64,000 nucleotides of DNA, taken from contig JBJMGM010000144.1 in NCBI GenBank assembly GCA_045807905.1, positions 871-64,870 of the forward strand, given 5' to 3'. Below, piece by piece: positions 18,276 to 26,879 of this stretch. Source of the DNA: Bryobacteraceae bacterium (GTDB lineage: Bacteria > Acidobacteriota > Terriglobia > Bryobacterales > Bryobacteraceae). The notes under the pieces were generated by a model. That model was given only the letters and a program-made list of their open reading frames with translations. It was not told the origin of the DNA and did no database searches. How positions within the stretch are numbered: the first letter of the stretch is position 1; the number at the start of each line of letters is the position of its first letter. A program made the position numbers and the translations under genes.

Positions 18276-19469
18276 ATGGTACGAGATGAACTGATCCGCC
18301 AAGCGCTAGGACGCACGAACTGGGATCTGCTGGTCTGCACTATGCCTTCGAACGTGCTTCTGCTGTCCGGGTATTGGCCGGCGGTAGGGTCTTCGGTAGC
18401 GCTGGCCACCCGCGAGGGACAGATCGGGCTTGTGGTTCCGGAGGATGAGGACGATGTCGCCGAACAGAGTTGGGTGGATGAGGTAGCCACCTATGCACCC
18501 GCCCCGATCGACCGCCTGATGACGGCGGAGGAAAGTGTTTTTGAAGCATTTGTCAAGCTCAAGCGCGAGCTCGCGATTGCGGCGGACCGCATTGGCTTTG
18601 AGCAGACGGACGCGTTTGAGCCCGCTTCTTATGCGCCGCACATGTTGCGGGGGAGCGCCGTCAGGCTGCTGCGAAAGGCATTCCCTTCGGCTACCTTGGC
18701 CCCTGCCGATGAGCTTTTGGCAGAGATGCGAACCATCAAGACGCCGGCGGAGATCCAACACATTCGCACAGCCTGCCGAATCGCGGAACAGGCCTTCCAG
18801 AAGGGTTCACGGCTGCTGAAACCAGATATGACAGAAGCTGAAGCAGCAGCGGCGTGTCGCATTGCCCTGAGCGCCTGCCTGGGAGATTTCGATCCGGTCA
18901 GGCGATGTGACGGCTTCTTGCACTGCATGTCAGGCGTGAACTCGGAGAAGGCCTTCGGCCCATATCCACGCTCGCGTTCTCGAAAGCTGCAGGCGGGCGA
19001 TTTGGTGATTCTGCGCTGTCATTCGTATGCCGACGGTTACTGGGCGGATATTACGCGAACGTATCATGTTGGCGCGATGGACGATAAAAAGCAGCAAATG
19101 TTTGGTGCTGTTTTCGCAGCTCGGGATGCGGGCCTTGCAGCTTTGCGTCCGGGCGTGAAGGCCGCGGACGTGGACCGAATCGCTCGCGATGTTTTGGCGG
19201 CGCACGGTCTTGGGTCTGCATTCAAGCACTCTGCTGGACACGGTGTCGGCTTCGGAGCTGCAGATCCTGGCGCTAGGCCTCGACTGCACCCGAAATCGGA
19301 GGACGTTCTGGAGCCTGGAATGGTCCTGAAACTCGAAACAGGGGTTTACCTGGAACAGTGCGGAGGCATTCGAAAAGCCGACATGGTGGCGATTACGGAA
19401 AACGGCGCGGAAATCCTGACACGCTTTCACGCGAGTTTGGACGAGCTGATACTCAATGGCTCACATTAA
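18276..19469 (+). CDS. M24-family metallopeptidase (Xaa-Pro dipeptidase/creatinase-like)
   Basis: A creatinase-N-like N-domain precedes the pita-bread fold motifs DLVILRCHSYADGYWADITRT, HSAGHGVGFG and LKLETGVY. ATG 18276 is preceded by GAGAAGG. Confidence 0.8.
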   Translation: MVRDELIRQALGRTNWDLLVCTMPSNVLLLSGYWPAVGSSVALATREGQIGLVVPEDEDDVAEQSWVDEVATYAPAPIDRLMTAEESVFEAFVKLKRELAIAADRIGFEQTDAFEPASYAPHMLRGSAVRLLRKAFPSATLAPADELLAEMRTIKTPAEIQHIRTACRIAEQAFQKGSRLLKPDMTEAEAAAACRIALSACLGDFDPVRRCDGFLHCMSGVNSEKAFGPYPRSRSRKLQAGDLVILRCHSYADGYWADITRTYHVGAMDDKKQQMFGAVFAARDAGLAALRPGVKAADVDRIARDVLAAHGLGSAFKHSAGHGVGFGAADPGARPRLHPKSEDVLEPGMVLKLETGVYLEQCGGIRKADMVAITENGAEILTRFHASLDELILNGSH

Positions 19470-19502
19470 TCGCTCAATGCAAGTGGAATAAGAGGAGCAA
19501 GT

Positions 19503-20237
19503 ATGCGTTTTGAACACAAGGTGTGTCTGGTGACGGGCGGAGGTTCGGGAATCGGGAAAGCCGCATGCAAGCAGTTCGCGCAAGAAGGCGGCAAGGTTGT
19601 CGCCGTGGATTTGAATGAACAACACGGCAACCAGACCGTTCAGGAAATCACGGGGGCTAAGGGCGACGCGATCTTTGTCAAGTGCGACGTCGGCGAGCCT
19701 GACCAGGTAAAGGCAGCGGTGAAGGCCGCGGTCGATAAGTGGAGCAAGATCGATGTGGTCGTCAACGATGCCGCGATGATGACCTTCAAACCCATTGTCG
19801 AATTACCGGACGAGGACTTCGATAAGGTTCTCAATGTAAATCTTCGCTCTGTATTCCTCTTTTGTAAATACGCGGTGCCGCACATGCCGAAAGGGAGCGC
19901 GATTGTGAATATCAGTTCCGTTCATGCATACGAGACGACGAAGAACGTAGTTCCATATGCGACTTCCAAAGGAGGCATGGAAGCGTTTACACGAGGGTTC
20001 TCCGAAGAGCTCGCCGCAAATAAAATTCGGATAAACTGTGTCGCGCCAGGGGCCGTGGATACGCCCATGCTCTGGAACAACCCGAATGTGAAAAGCGGGG
20101 TCGAAAAGGTACAAGGCGCGGTCGGCAAGCCTGAAGATATTGCAGCGGCCATTTGCTTTCTCGCGGCTCCCGAGGCACGTTTTATCACCGGCACCAATCT
20201 TACGGTTGACGGCGGCCGCTTGGACATCCTCCCCTAA
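19503..20237 (+). CDS. SDR-family oxidoreductase
   Basis: TGGGSGIGKA, NDAA and YATSKGG (YxxxK) are present. An AGAGGAG SD precedes the start. Confidence 0.85.
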   Translation: MRFEHKVCLVTGGGSGIGKAACKQFAQEGGKVVAVDLNEQHGNQTVQEITGAKGDAIFVKCDVGEPDQVKAAVKAAVDKWSKIDVVVNDAAMMTFKPIVELPDEDFDKVLNVNLRSVFLFCKYAVPHMPKGSAIVNISSVHAYETTKNVVPYATSKGGMEAFTRGFSEELAANKIRINCVAPGAVDTPMLWNNPNVKSGVEKVQGAVGKPEDIAAAICFLAAPEARFITGTNLTVDGGRLDILP

Positions 20238-20248
20238 GGAGCAACCCG

Positions 20249-21445
20249 ATGGGTCAGTTCATGTTTGCGACCGGCATTGAAAACAGCTATCCAACAATTG
20301 AGTGGAAAGGGAGGACGATACGTCAGGACGAACTGGCGAAAACGAAACACTACGAACGCTGGCGCGATGATTTTCGGTTACTTCAGGAACTAGGTATCGG
20401 ATATTTACGCTACGGGCCCCCTTACTTCACGACGCATACGGGTCCGGGTAAATACGACTGGGGCTTCACGGACGAAACATTCAACGCACTTCACAAGCAA
20501 AAGGTCACGGTGATCGCTGATTTATGTCACTTCGGCTTACCGGATTGGCTCGGCAATTTCCAAAATGACGAGTGGCCGCAATTGTTTGTCGAGTATGCGC
20601 GGGCATTTGCCCGCCGCTTTCCGTGGGTTCGCTTTTACACCCCGGTGAATGAGATTTTCATTGCAGCAACGTTCTCAGCTCAGTTTGGCTGGTGGAACGA
20701 ACGACTCAAAACGGATCGCGCGTTCGTAAGGGCACTGAGAAATCTGTGCAAGGCGAATGTGCTGGCGATGCACGCCATCTCGGAAGAACGGCCGGAGGCC
20801 ATCTTCATTCAGAGCGAATCGACACAGTACTTTCACCCCGAAGGACCCGAGTGCGAGGATTACGCTCGGAGATTCAACGAGAAGCGTTTCCTCTCCTTGG
20901 ACCTAACTTATGGTCATCATCTGAACGCGACGATCTACGAATACTTACTTGACAACGGCATGACTCGGGACGAGTATCACTGGTTCCTTCAGCACCATCT
21001 GCGGTCGCGGTGCGTGATGGGTAACGATTACTACGCAACGAATGAGAATCTTGTCCATTCGGATGGCAGCTTGACTTTGTCGGGCGAAATTTTCGGTTAT
21101 TACCCGATTACACATCAGTATTTCTCACGCTACAGCCTGCCCGTGATGCACACTGAAACGAACCACACCGAACCGGACGCGGTGATGTGGCTGAAAAAAG
21201 AGTGGGCCAACGTGCATCGCCTCAAGCTGGACGGCGTGCCGATTGTCGGCTTCACATGGTATAGCCTGCAGGACCAAGTGGACTGGGATACCGGGCTGCG
21301 AGAGGATAACGGGCGCGTAAACGCGCTAGGGTTGTGCGATCTTGACCGGAACATCCGTGCAGTTGGGCACGCCTACAAGACACTCATCAAGCAGTGGCGA
21401 GAGACTCTCCCCACCGAGAGCAATGTTTTGGGGATATGCCACTGA
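20249..21445 (+). CDS. GH1-like TIM-barrel protein (family 1 glycosylhydrolase-like)
   Basis: FMFATGIENSYP and TPVNEIF (acid/base NE context) are present. HTETNH sits at the position of the GH1 nucleophile motif. An AAGGAG SD precedes the start. Function uncertain. Confidence 0.55.
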   Translation: MGQFMFATGIENSYPTIEWKGRTIRQDELAKTKHYERWRDDFRLLQELGIGYLRYGPPYFTTHTGPGKYDWGFTDETFNALHKQKVTVIADLCHFGLPDWLGNFQNDEWPQLFVEYARAFARRFPWVRFYTPVNEIFIAATFSAQFGWWNERLKTDRAFVRALRNLCKANVLAMHAISEERPEAIFIQSESTQYFHPEGPECEDYARRFNEKRFLSLDLTYGHHLNATIYEYLLDNGMTRDEYHWFLQHHLRSRCVMGNDYYATNENLVHSDGSLTLSGEIFGYYPITHQYFSRYSLPVMHTETNHTEPDAVMWLKKEWANVHRLKLDGVPIVGFTWYSLQDQVDWDTGLREDNGRVNALGLCDLDRNIRAVGHAYKTLIKQWRETLPTESNVLGICH

Positions 21446-21472
21446 GCACGGCAGATACGGAGAGGATTGAAC

Positions 21473-22864
21473 GTGGGATGGTCTAAAGCGCGAACGATTG
21501 CCGCGGCGGGTGCTGGTTTTGGCGGTGTTTTCCTCGGCTGGAAACTGTGGCAAGAGGCCGATGTAAGGAGGCGGAACCGATCCTTGCCTCCCGGGAAGAA
21601 GGTACTCATTCTCGGCTCGGGATTTGCGGGTGTAACCGTTGCTCAGGAGCTCTCGAAGCTTCTGCCGGCACAGAGCGCCGCAGAAATTAGCCTGGTTGAC
21701 CGGAACAACTTTTTGTTGTTTACTCCCATGCTCACCGAGGTTGCGGGAGGGGAACTCGATGCCCGGCACATTGTTGCCTCTCCTCGGCGGCTCTCGCGCG
21801 GAATTAATTTTGAAGAAGGCGAAATTCAGGAGATTGACCTTGCGAACAGGCGTGTTGTTCTGAACATCGGCGATGGCGACGGGAGCAAGCGCACCTTGAC
21901 AGCGGATCATCTGGTGATTGCTCTGGGATCGGTGCCCGCCTTCCATGGAATCCCGGGGCTGCAGGAGCATTCGCTGGCTATCAAGAGCGTTGGGGATGCG
22001 GCAGCTATTCGAAATCGCGTCCTGGCGTGTTTAGAGCGGGCACATTGGGAAACGGACGCCCATATCCGTCGCGAAGTATTGACGTTCGTCGTTGGCGGCG
22101 GCGGCTATACGGGCGTGGAGACCATGGCCGCCGTGAACGACCTTGCTCGAGAAAGCGTTAAAGATTATCCAAATGTACAGCCGGACGAGATCAGCACGTT
22201 CATCGTCGAGCCCGGAGACCGGCTTCTAAGCGAGCTCAGCTCCGATCTGGCAGCGTTTGCGCAACAAAAGCTTCAGGAACACGGTGTCAAAGTACGTTTA
22301 AGAACAAAAATCACGAGCGCAGCGCAAAATTACGTGGAATTCGAAGGCGGTAATCGAATCCCGACCCGAACTCTGATATGGGCTGGAGGAATTACTCCGA
22401 ATCCCCTCATTGGAAAGCTCGACTGCGCGCGTGGGCATCACCACGGAATTGTCGTAGATGAGTGCTGCTCTGTGCCGGACCATCCGGGTGTTTGGGCACT
22501 CGGTGATTGTGCTGAAGTTCCGAAACAGGGCTCACAGGGAACTTATGCGCCGACCGCCCAAAATGCAACCCGGGAAGGCGCGTTAGTGGCACGGAATATT
22601 GTAGCCGTGCTGCGCGGGGAAAAACCGGAGCCATTCGCCTTCAAAACGATTGGCGAACTGGCGCTGGTCGGTAAACATTCCGGGGTAGCCAAAATTTATG
22701 GGCAACACTTCTCGGGCTTTCTGGCTTGGGCGATGTGGCGGGCAATCTACCTGTCCAAAATGCCCGGCATGGGTCAACGGGCTCGGATTCTGCTCGATTG
22801 GATACTTGATTTCTTTTTCGGACGAAGTATAGCGGAGTTTCCCATCGACCCTTCGAGGGGATGA
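21473..22864 (+). CDS. ndh: type II NADH dehydrogenase (NDH-2) / FAD-dependent pyridine nucleotide-disulfide oxidoreductase
   Basis: Two dinucleotide folds are present (VLILGSGFAGV, FVVGGGGYTGVE), together with ALGDCAEV. A hydrophobic N-terminal segment precedes them. GTG 21473 is better spaced from GGAGAGG than TTG 21467. Confidence 0.8.
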   Translation: MGWSKARTIAAAGAGFGGVFLGWKLWQEADVRRRNRSLPPGKKVLILGSGFAGVTVAQELSKLLPAQSAAEISLVDRNNFLLFTPMLTEVAGGELDARHIVASPRRLSRGINFEEGEIQEIDLANRRVVLNIGDGDGSKRTLTADHLVIALGSVPAFHGIPGLQEHSLAIKSVGDAAAIRNRVLACLERAHWETDAHIRREVLTFVVGGGGYTGVETMAAVNDLARESVKDYPNVQPDEISTFIVEPGDRLLSELSSDLAAFAQQKLQEHGVKVRLRTKITSAAQNYVEFEGGNRIPTRTLIWAGGITPNPLIGKLDCARGHHHGIVVDECCSVPDHPGVWALGDCAEVPKQGSQGTYAPTAQNATREGALVARNIVAVLRGEKPEPFAFKTIGELALVGKHSGVAKIYGQHFSGFLAWAMWRAIYLSKMPGMGQRARILLDWILDFFFGRSIAEFPIDPSRG

Positions 22865-22903
22865 AACACCTAAATGGGTCGGGCGATATTTTCCCCCACG
22901 GAA

Positions 22904-24127
22904 TCATCTATATGTAAGGAAAAGGATTCCTACTACCAGAGTAATTGCGGTGAGCGGCGCGCCGACCTTGAAGTAATCCCAGAATTTTATTTCTACGTTC
23001 TTTTGCCGGGCACGCTCGATGACGATGAGGTTGGCAACTGATCCGAGGATCGTGAAGTTGCCCGCCAATGTCGAGCTCATGGCAAGCGCCAACCATGCTT
23101 GGCCTTGCTGTTCCTTCAATTGCAGGACGAAAGGCTTCAGTACGAGCACTGCGGGAACGTTGCTAACGAGATTTGAGAGAACGGCAGAAGTGCCGGTCAT
23201 CACCGGAACCCGTTCCAAATGGAACTGCTTAGCATAGCCTAGGACGCCTGGCGTAAACACGGTCTTCTCTATTCCTGTCACCACCACAAATAAGCCCGCG
23301 AACAGCAGCAGTAATGGGAAGTCAATCTCGCGGTAAATTTTCTCGGGCTTTGCGCGGCGCGTAATCAGGAGAAACGCCCCGGCGGCGATGGCAACTTTTG
23401 CGGGCGGCTGCCCCAGAAAGAAGAGAACGATCATACATAAGGTGACAAGACCCGACTTGATCGCGAGTGGTTTACTGTAGTGGACCGGCTGCTGCGGAGG
23501 TTGGAAATGATCGCCCCGAAACTCGGAGCGGAAGAAAAGAAAGATCAGGAGAACGGTAATGACCAAGCCGATGCCGGCAATTGGAGCAAGTGCAGCCGCA
23601 AAGCGCACGTAAGCTATGTGAGAGAAGCTGCCGATCAAAATATTTTGCGGGTTGCCTGTGATCGTCGCTGTGCTTCCGACGTTAGAGGACATTGCAATCG
23701 CGAGTACGTAAGGGACGGGATTTCTCCGCAGGCTAGAGACCAGGTCGAGCACGAGTGGGGTCATCACAAGGCAGATGGCGTCGTTCACAAGGAATGCCGA
23801 GAAGAACCCGGAAACGAATACCAACGCAATCATCACGACCAGCGGATGGTGGGTGTGACGCAACACCCACGAGTTCACGAGCGCGAAAAAGCCGGAAAGC
23901 CTCAGATAGGCGACGACAATCATCATTCCGAGTAGCAGAACCAGCGTGTCGAGATCGATTCCGCTATAGGCTTCATTTAGGGTGAGGACTCCACAAGCCA
24001 CCATCAGGCTCGCACCGATTAAGGCCGCGCCGGTGCGGTCGACGTGTAATCCGGGCAGTCGACCCCACCCAACAACCAGGTACGTTGCCAGGAAGATTAA
24101 GACAGAAAGGACCGTGATTGCGGGCAT
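22904..24127 (-). CDS. ArsB/NhaD-superfamily (SLC13/CitMHS-like) anion permease
   Basis: 407 aa with about 10-12 TM helices. The N-terminus VLIFLATYLVVGWGRLPGLHVDRTGAALIGASLM is typical of this permease superfamily. Substrate unknown. Confidence 0.6.
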   Translation of the reverse strand: MPAITVLSVLIFLATYLVVGWGRLPGLHVDRTGAALIGASLMVACGVLTLNEAYSGIDLDTLVLLLGMMIVVAYLRLSGFFALVNSWVLRHTHHPLVVMIALVFVSGFFSAFLVNDAICLVMTPLVLDLVSSLRRNPVPYVLAIAMSSNVGSTATITGNPQNILIGSFSHIAYVRFAAALAPIAGIGLVITVLLIFLFFRSEFRGDHFQPPQQPVHYSKPLAIKSGLVTLCMIVLFFLGQPPAKVAIAAGAFLLITRRAKPEKIYREIDFPLLLLFAGLFVVVTGIEKTVFTPGVLGYAKQFHLERVPVMTGTSAVLSNLVSNVPAVLVLKPFVLQLKEQQGQAWLALAMSSTLAGNFTILGSVANLIVIERARQKNVEIKFWDYFKVGAPLTAITLVVGILFLTYR

Positions 24128-24216
24128 CCGGCGGAGATCACGCCTTCCCAGGTTACGAGATTGGGACCTTGATTGTTGCTCGGCATGGTCTTGAACGGGG
24201 GAATGAAGGCAGCCCG

Positions 24217-24915
24217 CTAGGCTCGACGCGAGAGATGGTGGGTAAACCAGTTGGTTGCGAGTCTCGCGACTTGCTCGAGAGTTCCTGGCTCTTCAAAAAG
24301 GTGGGTTGCTCCGGGAACGATCTCCAACTTCTTTTCGCATTGGAGTTCGTTCAACGCTTTCTTGTTTAATTCAATAACAGGAAAGTCGTCACTGCCGACG
24401 ATGAGCAGCGTTGGGGCTTTGACTTTTCGCAGGTCTGCTCCGGCGAGATCGGGCCGGCCGCCGCGGGAAACGACGGCACTCGTCGACTCCGGCAGTTGAG
24501 CCGCTGCAAATAATGCCGCAGCGGCTCCAGTGCTTGCGCCAAAATAGCCCAGCCGCGAACTGTCGATTGAGGAATCACGGCCCAGCCATTTCGTCGCCTG
24601 AACGAGGCGATTCGCGAGCAGAACTATATCGAATCGCAAATGCCGGGTTTGGACGTCGATCTCCTCCTCTTCTGCCGTTAGGAGATCAACTAGAAGAGTA
24701 GCCAATTTCGCCTGGTGGAGGACACTGGCAACAAACCGGTTACGCGAGCTAAAACGGCTGCTTCCAGTCCCGTGAGCAAAGATGATCATGCCTTGAGCGT
24801 CACTTGGGATGGTCAGATCGCCAACAACTCCGGAGGGCGGGATCTGAACAGATCGTTGGGAAAGCTCGGGTCTGGCTGGCATCTGGGCTCCCTGGGAAAT
24901 GGGCTCGATCTGCAT
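24217..24915 (-). CDS. alpha/beta hydrolase, dienelactone-hydrolase-like
   Basis: MIIFAHGTGSS, the nucleophile elbow YFGASTGAA (GxSxG), LLIVGSDD and GATHLFEEPG are present. Confidence 0.6.
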   Translation of the reverse strand: MQIEPISQGAQMPARPELSQRSVQIPPSGVVGDLTIPSDAQGMIIFAHGTGSSRFSSRNRFVASVLHQAKLATLLVDLLTAEEEEIDVQTRHLRFDIVLLANRLVQATKWLGRDSSIDSSRLGYFGASTGAAAALFAAAQLPESTSAVVSRGGRPDLAGADLRKVKAPTLLIVGSDDFPVIELNKKALNELQCEKKLEIVPGATHLFEEPGTLEQVARLATNWFTHHLSRRA

Positions 24916-24942
24916 TTCACACCTCGATCCAAGAGGTGCGGG

Positions 24943-25380
24943 CTAGCGGCTGCGAGCTCGCCGGGAACTCGTCACCTTGCCTCGCGTGCGCCGGCGGGCG
25001 GCAGCTTGCTTCGCCTGCTTGGAGAGAGCGGATTTTGAAGCCGCTGATCGAGGTTCTCGTTTCAGCGCCTCGAGGCGTGCCTTTGATCGTTTCGCGTCCG
25101 GTTTCGTCTGTTTGCCGCTGTGGCCCTTCTTCAGGTCCCGCTCGGCGCGTTTTCGGGTAGCTTCAGAAGTCGTACCTTTCTTTGGTGGCGGGAGATCCAC
25201 GCCCGCCCGTCGCGCTTTCGAGAGTCCAATTGCGATTGCCTGCTGTGGGGATCGGGCACCATGTTTGCCTTCGCGAATGTGCTCCATCTCCTCACGGACG
25301 AATTCACCGGCTTGGGTGGTGGGAGCCTTGCCTTCAGCTTTGTCCCCCTTCGCTCGCTCAACGGTCTTCTTTTCTGGCAT
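24943..25380 (-). CDS. small basic protein, DUF6496-like
   Basis: I recall TQAGEFVREEMEHIREGKHGARSPQQAIAIGLSKARRAGV as the conserved core of DUF6496. The rest is a Lys/Arg-rich tail. Confidence 0.5.
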   Translation of the reverse strand: MPEKKTVERAKGDKAEGKAPTTQAGEFVREEMEHIREGKHGARSPQQAIAIGLSKARRAGVDLPPPKKGTTSEATRKRAERDLKKGHSGKQTKPDAKRSKARLEALKREPRSAASKSALSKQAKQAAARRRTRGKVTSSRRARSR

Positions 25381-25593
25381 TTACTTCTCCTAAACATAAG
25401 ATCGCTAATGGCATTTTCGGTTGCCAGCTTCGACCGCTGCTTGCGAGTGCCGGAGATGCACTTAAGAAAAGAATTTTGAACGACCTTCGAACTTTCTCCA
25501 TCGTTTGCCGTCTTTACGATAAGGGCAATGGCTGCGGTGAAGGGATATCTATGTCACCATGGTTATGATCCCCAGGAGAGCTAAGTAGGTTCA

Positions 25594-26871
25594 GTGTCTA
25601 AATACCGAAATAGATTGGGTTTGCTATTCATGTTCGCCAGTGCGCTGGGTTTGGCCATTCTTCTTGTCTCCTGTGGCAAGAAGGGTCCCACCGGCGCCCA
25701 AGCCGCGATGATGATGATGATGCAGGAGGTTCCTGTTCGCGCGGTTCCGGCCGTCGCAACAGACGTGCCTCTTGAAGTATCCGGCGTAGGCAATGTTGAG
25801 GCGGCAGCCACGGTGGAGGTCAAATCGCGGGTTTCCGGCCAGGTTCTACGCGTAGATTTTCAAGAGGGCCAGGACGTCAGGCAAGGGCAGTTCCTGTTCG
25901 AGATCGATCCTGAACCTTTACTACGTCAGATCGCTCAGATAGAAGCCGAATTGTCCAAGGACGCTGCTCTAGAACAGCAAGCTCGAGCAAATGTGGTAAA
26001 GGATCAAGCCATGCTGAAGCAAAGCCGCGCGCAAGCTGATAGGGGCCTTGCGCTTTCGAAGGAAGGTATCTTCTCGAAAGAACAAACCGAGCAGGTAGTC
26101 GCGACGGCAGACTCAGCGCAGGCTGCGTTGGATGCTGACCAAGCTGCCGTCGAGAGTGCAGTTGCTTCCTTGAAGTCCGATCGCGCGAGGCTCGATCAAA
26201 CCAAGCTGCAACTCAGCTATACAAAAATTACCGCGCCCATAAATGGCCGCGCAGGCGCGATCAGCGTCAAAGCAGGGAACCTGGTAAAGGACAACGATGC
26301 TGTACTGGTCACGATTTTACAGACCTCGCCTATTTACGTATCTTTCGGAGTGCCCGAGCAACTCCTTCCTGAGGTGAGAAAGTATAGTTCAGAGCACCCA
26401 ATAGTCATAGAAGCTTCGGCGGACGGACAAAAAACCGCCACCGGAAGTCTCCGCTTCATTGACAATTCGGTGGATAGCACGACCGGGATGATCAAACTCA
26501 AGGCGCTGTTTGACAATCCGGATCGCGTGCTATGGCCGGGACAATTCGTGAACGTGAAAGCAAGACTCAGGCTGGAGCACAACCGCATTGTTGTGCCGAG
26601 CCGCACCGTCGAGACGGGACCGCAAGGCAAATATGTTTGGGTAATGAACCAATCCAATGCCACGGTTGCGATGCGCCCCGTTCAGGTCCTGCGCAATTAT
26701 CAAGCTCCCAAGAGTGGTGAAGAGGCTGTAATCGGAAGTGGCTTGACGCCCGGCGAAATGGTGATTTCGGAAGGGCAGATGCGCTTGGCCCCGGGGGTAA
26801 AGGTGCGACTGCTCAAATCCAACACTGAGCTGGGCAATGGCGGGCCTGCGAGCCCGGGTGCCGGTTCTTAA
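25594..26871 (+). CDS. RND efflux periplasmic adaptor (membrane fusion) lipoprotein
   Basis: GTG start. The lipobox is LLVSCGKK. A coiled-coil hairpin region and the barrel motifs TKITAPINGRAG and VVPSRTV are present. Confidence 0.85.
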   Translation: MSKYRNRLGLLFMFASALGLAILLVSCGKKGPTGAQAAMMMMMQEVPVRAVPAVATDVPLEVSGVGNVEAAATVEVKSRVSGQVLRVDFQEGQDVRQGQFLFEIDPEPLLRQIAQIEAELSKDAALEQQARANVVKDQAMLKQSRAQADRGLALSKEGIFSKEQTEQVVATADSAQAALDADQAAVESAVASLKSDRARLDQTKLQLSYTKITAPINGRAGAISVKAGNLVKDNDAVLVTILQTSPIYVSFGVPEQLLPEVRKYSSEHPIVIEASADGQKTATGSLRFIDNSVDSTTGMIKLKALFDNPDRVLWPGQFVNVKARLRLEHNRIVVPSRTVETGPQGKYVWVMNQSNATVAMRPVQVLRNYQAPKSGEEAVIGSGLTPGEMVISEGQMRLAPGVKVRLLKSNTELGNGGPASPGAGS

Positions 26872-26879
26872 GGATACTC

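Noticed and set aside
21326-21970. 214-aa minus-strand ORF spanning the GH1-like/NDH-2 junction
   Set aside because: It is antisense to two supported genes. The translation is low-complexity and Arg/Pro-rich.
25708-25722. (ATG)5 trinucleotide run
   Set aside because: It is real but only 15 nt. It is in frame and encodes MMMMM in the linker after the adaptor lipobox. It is too short to call a repeat locus or a phase-variation tract.
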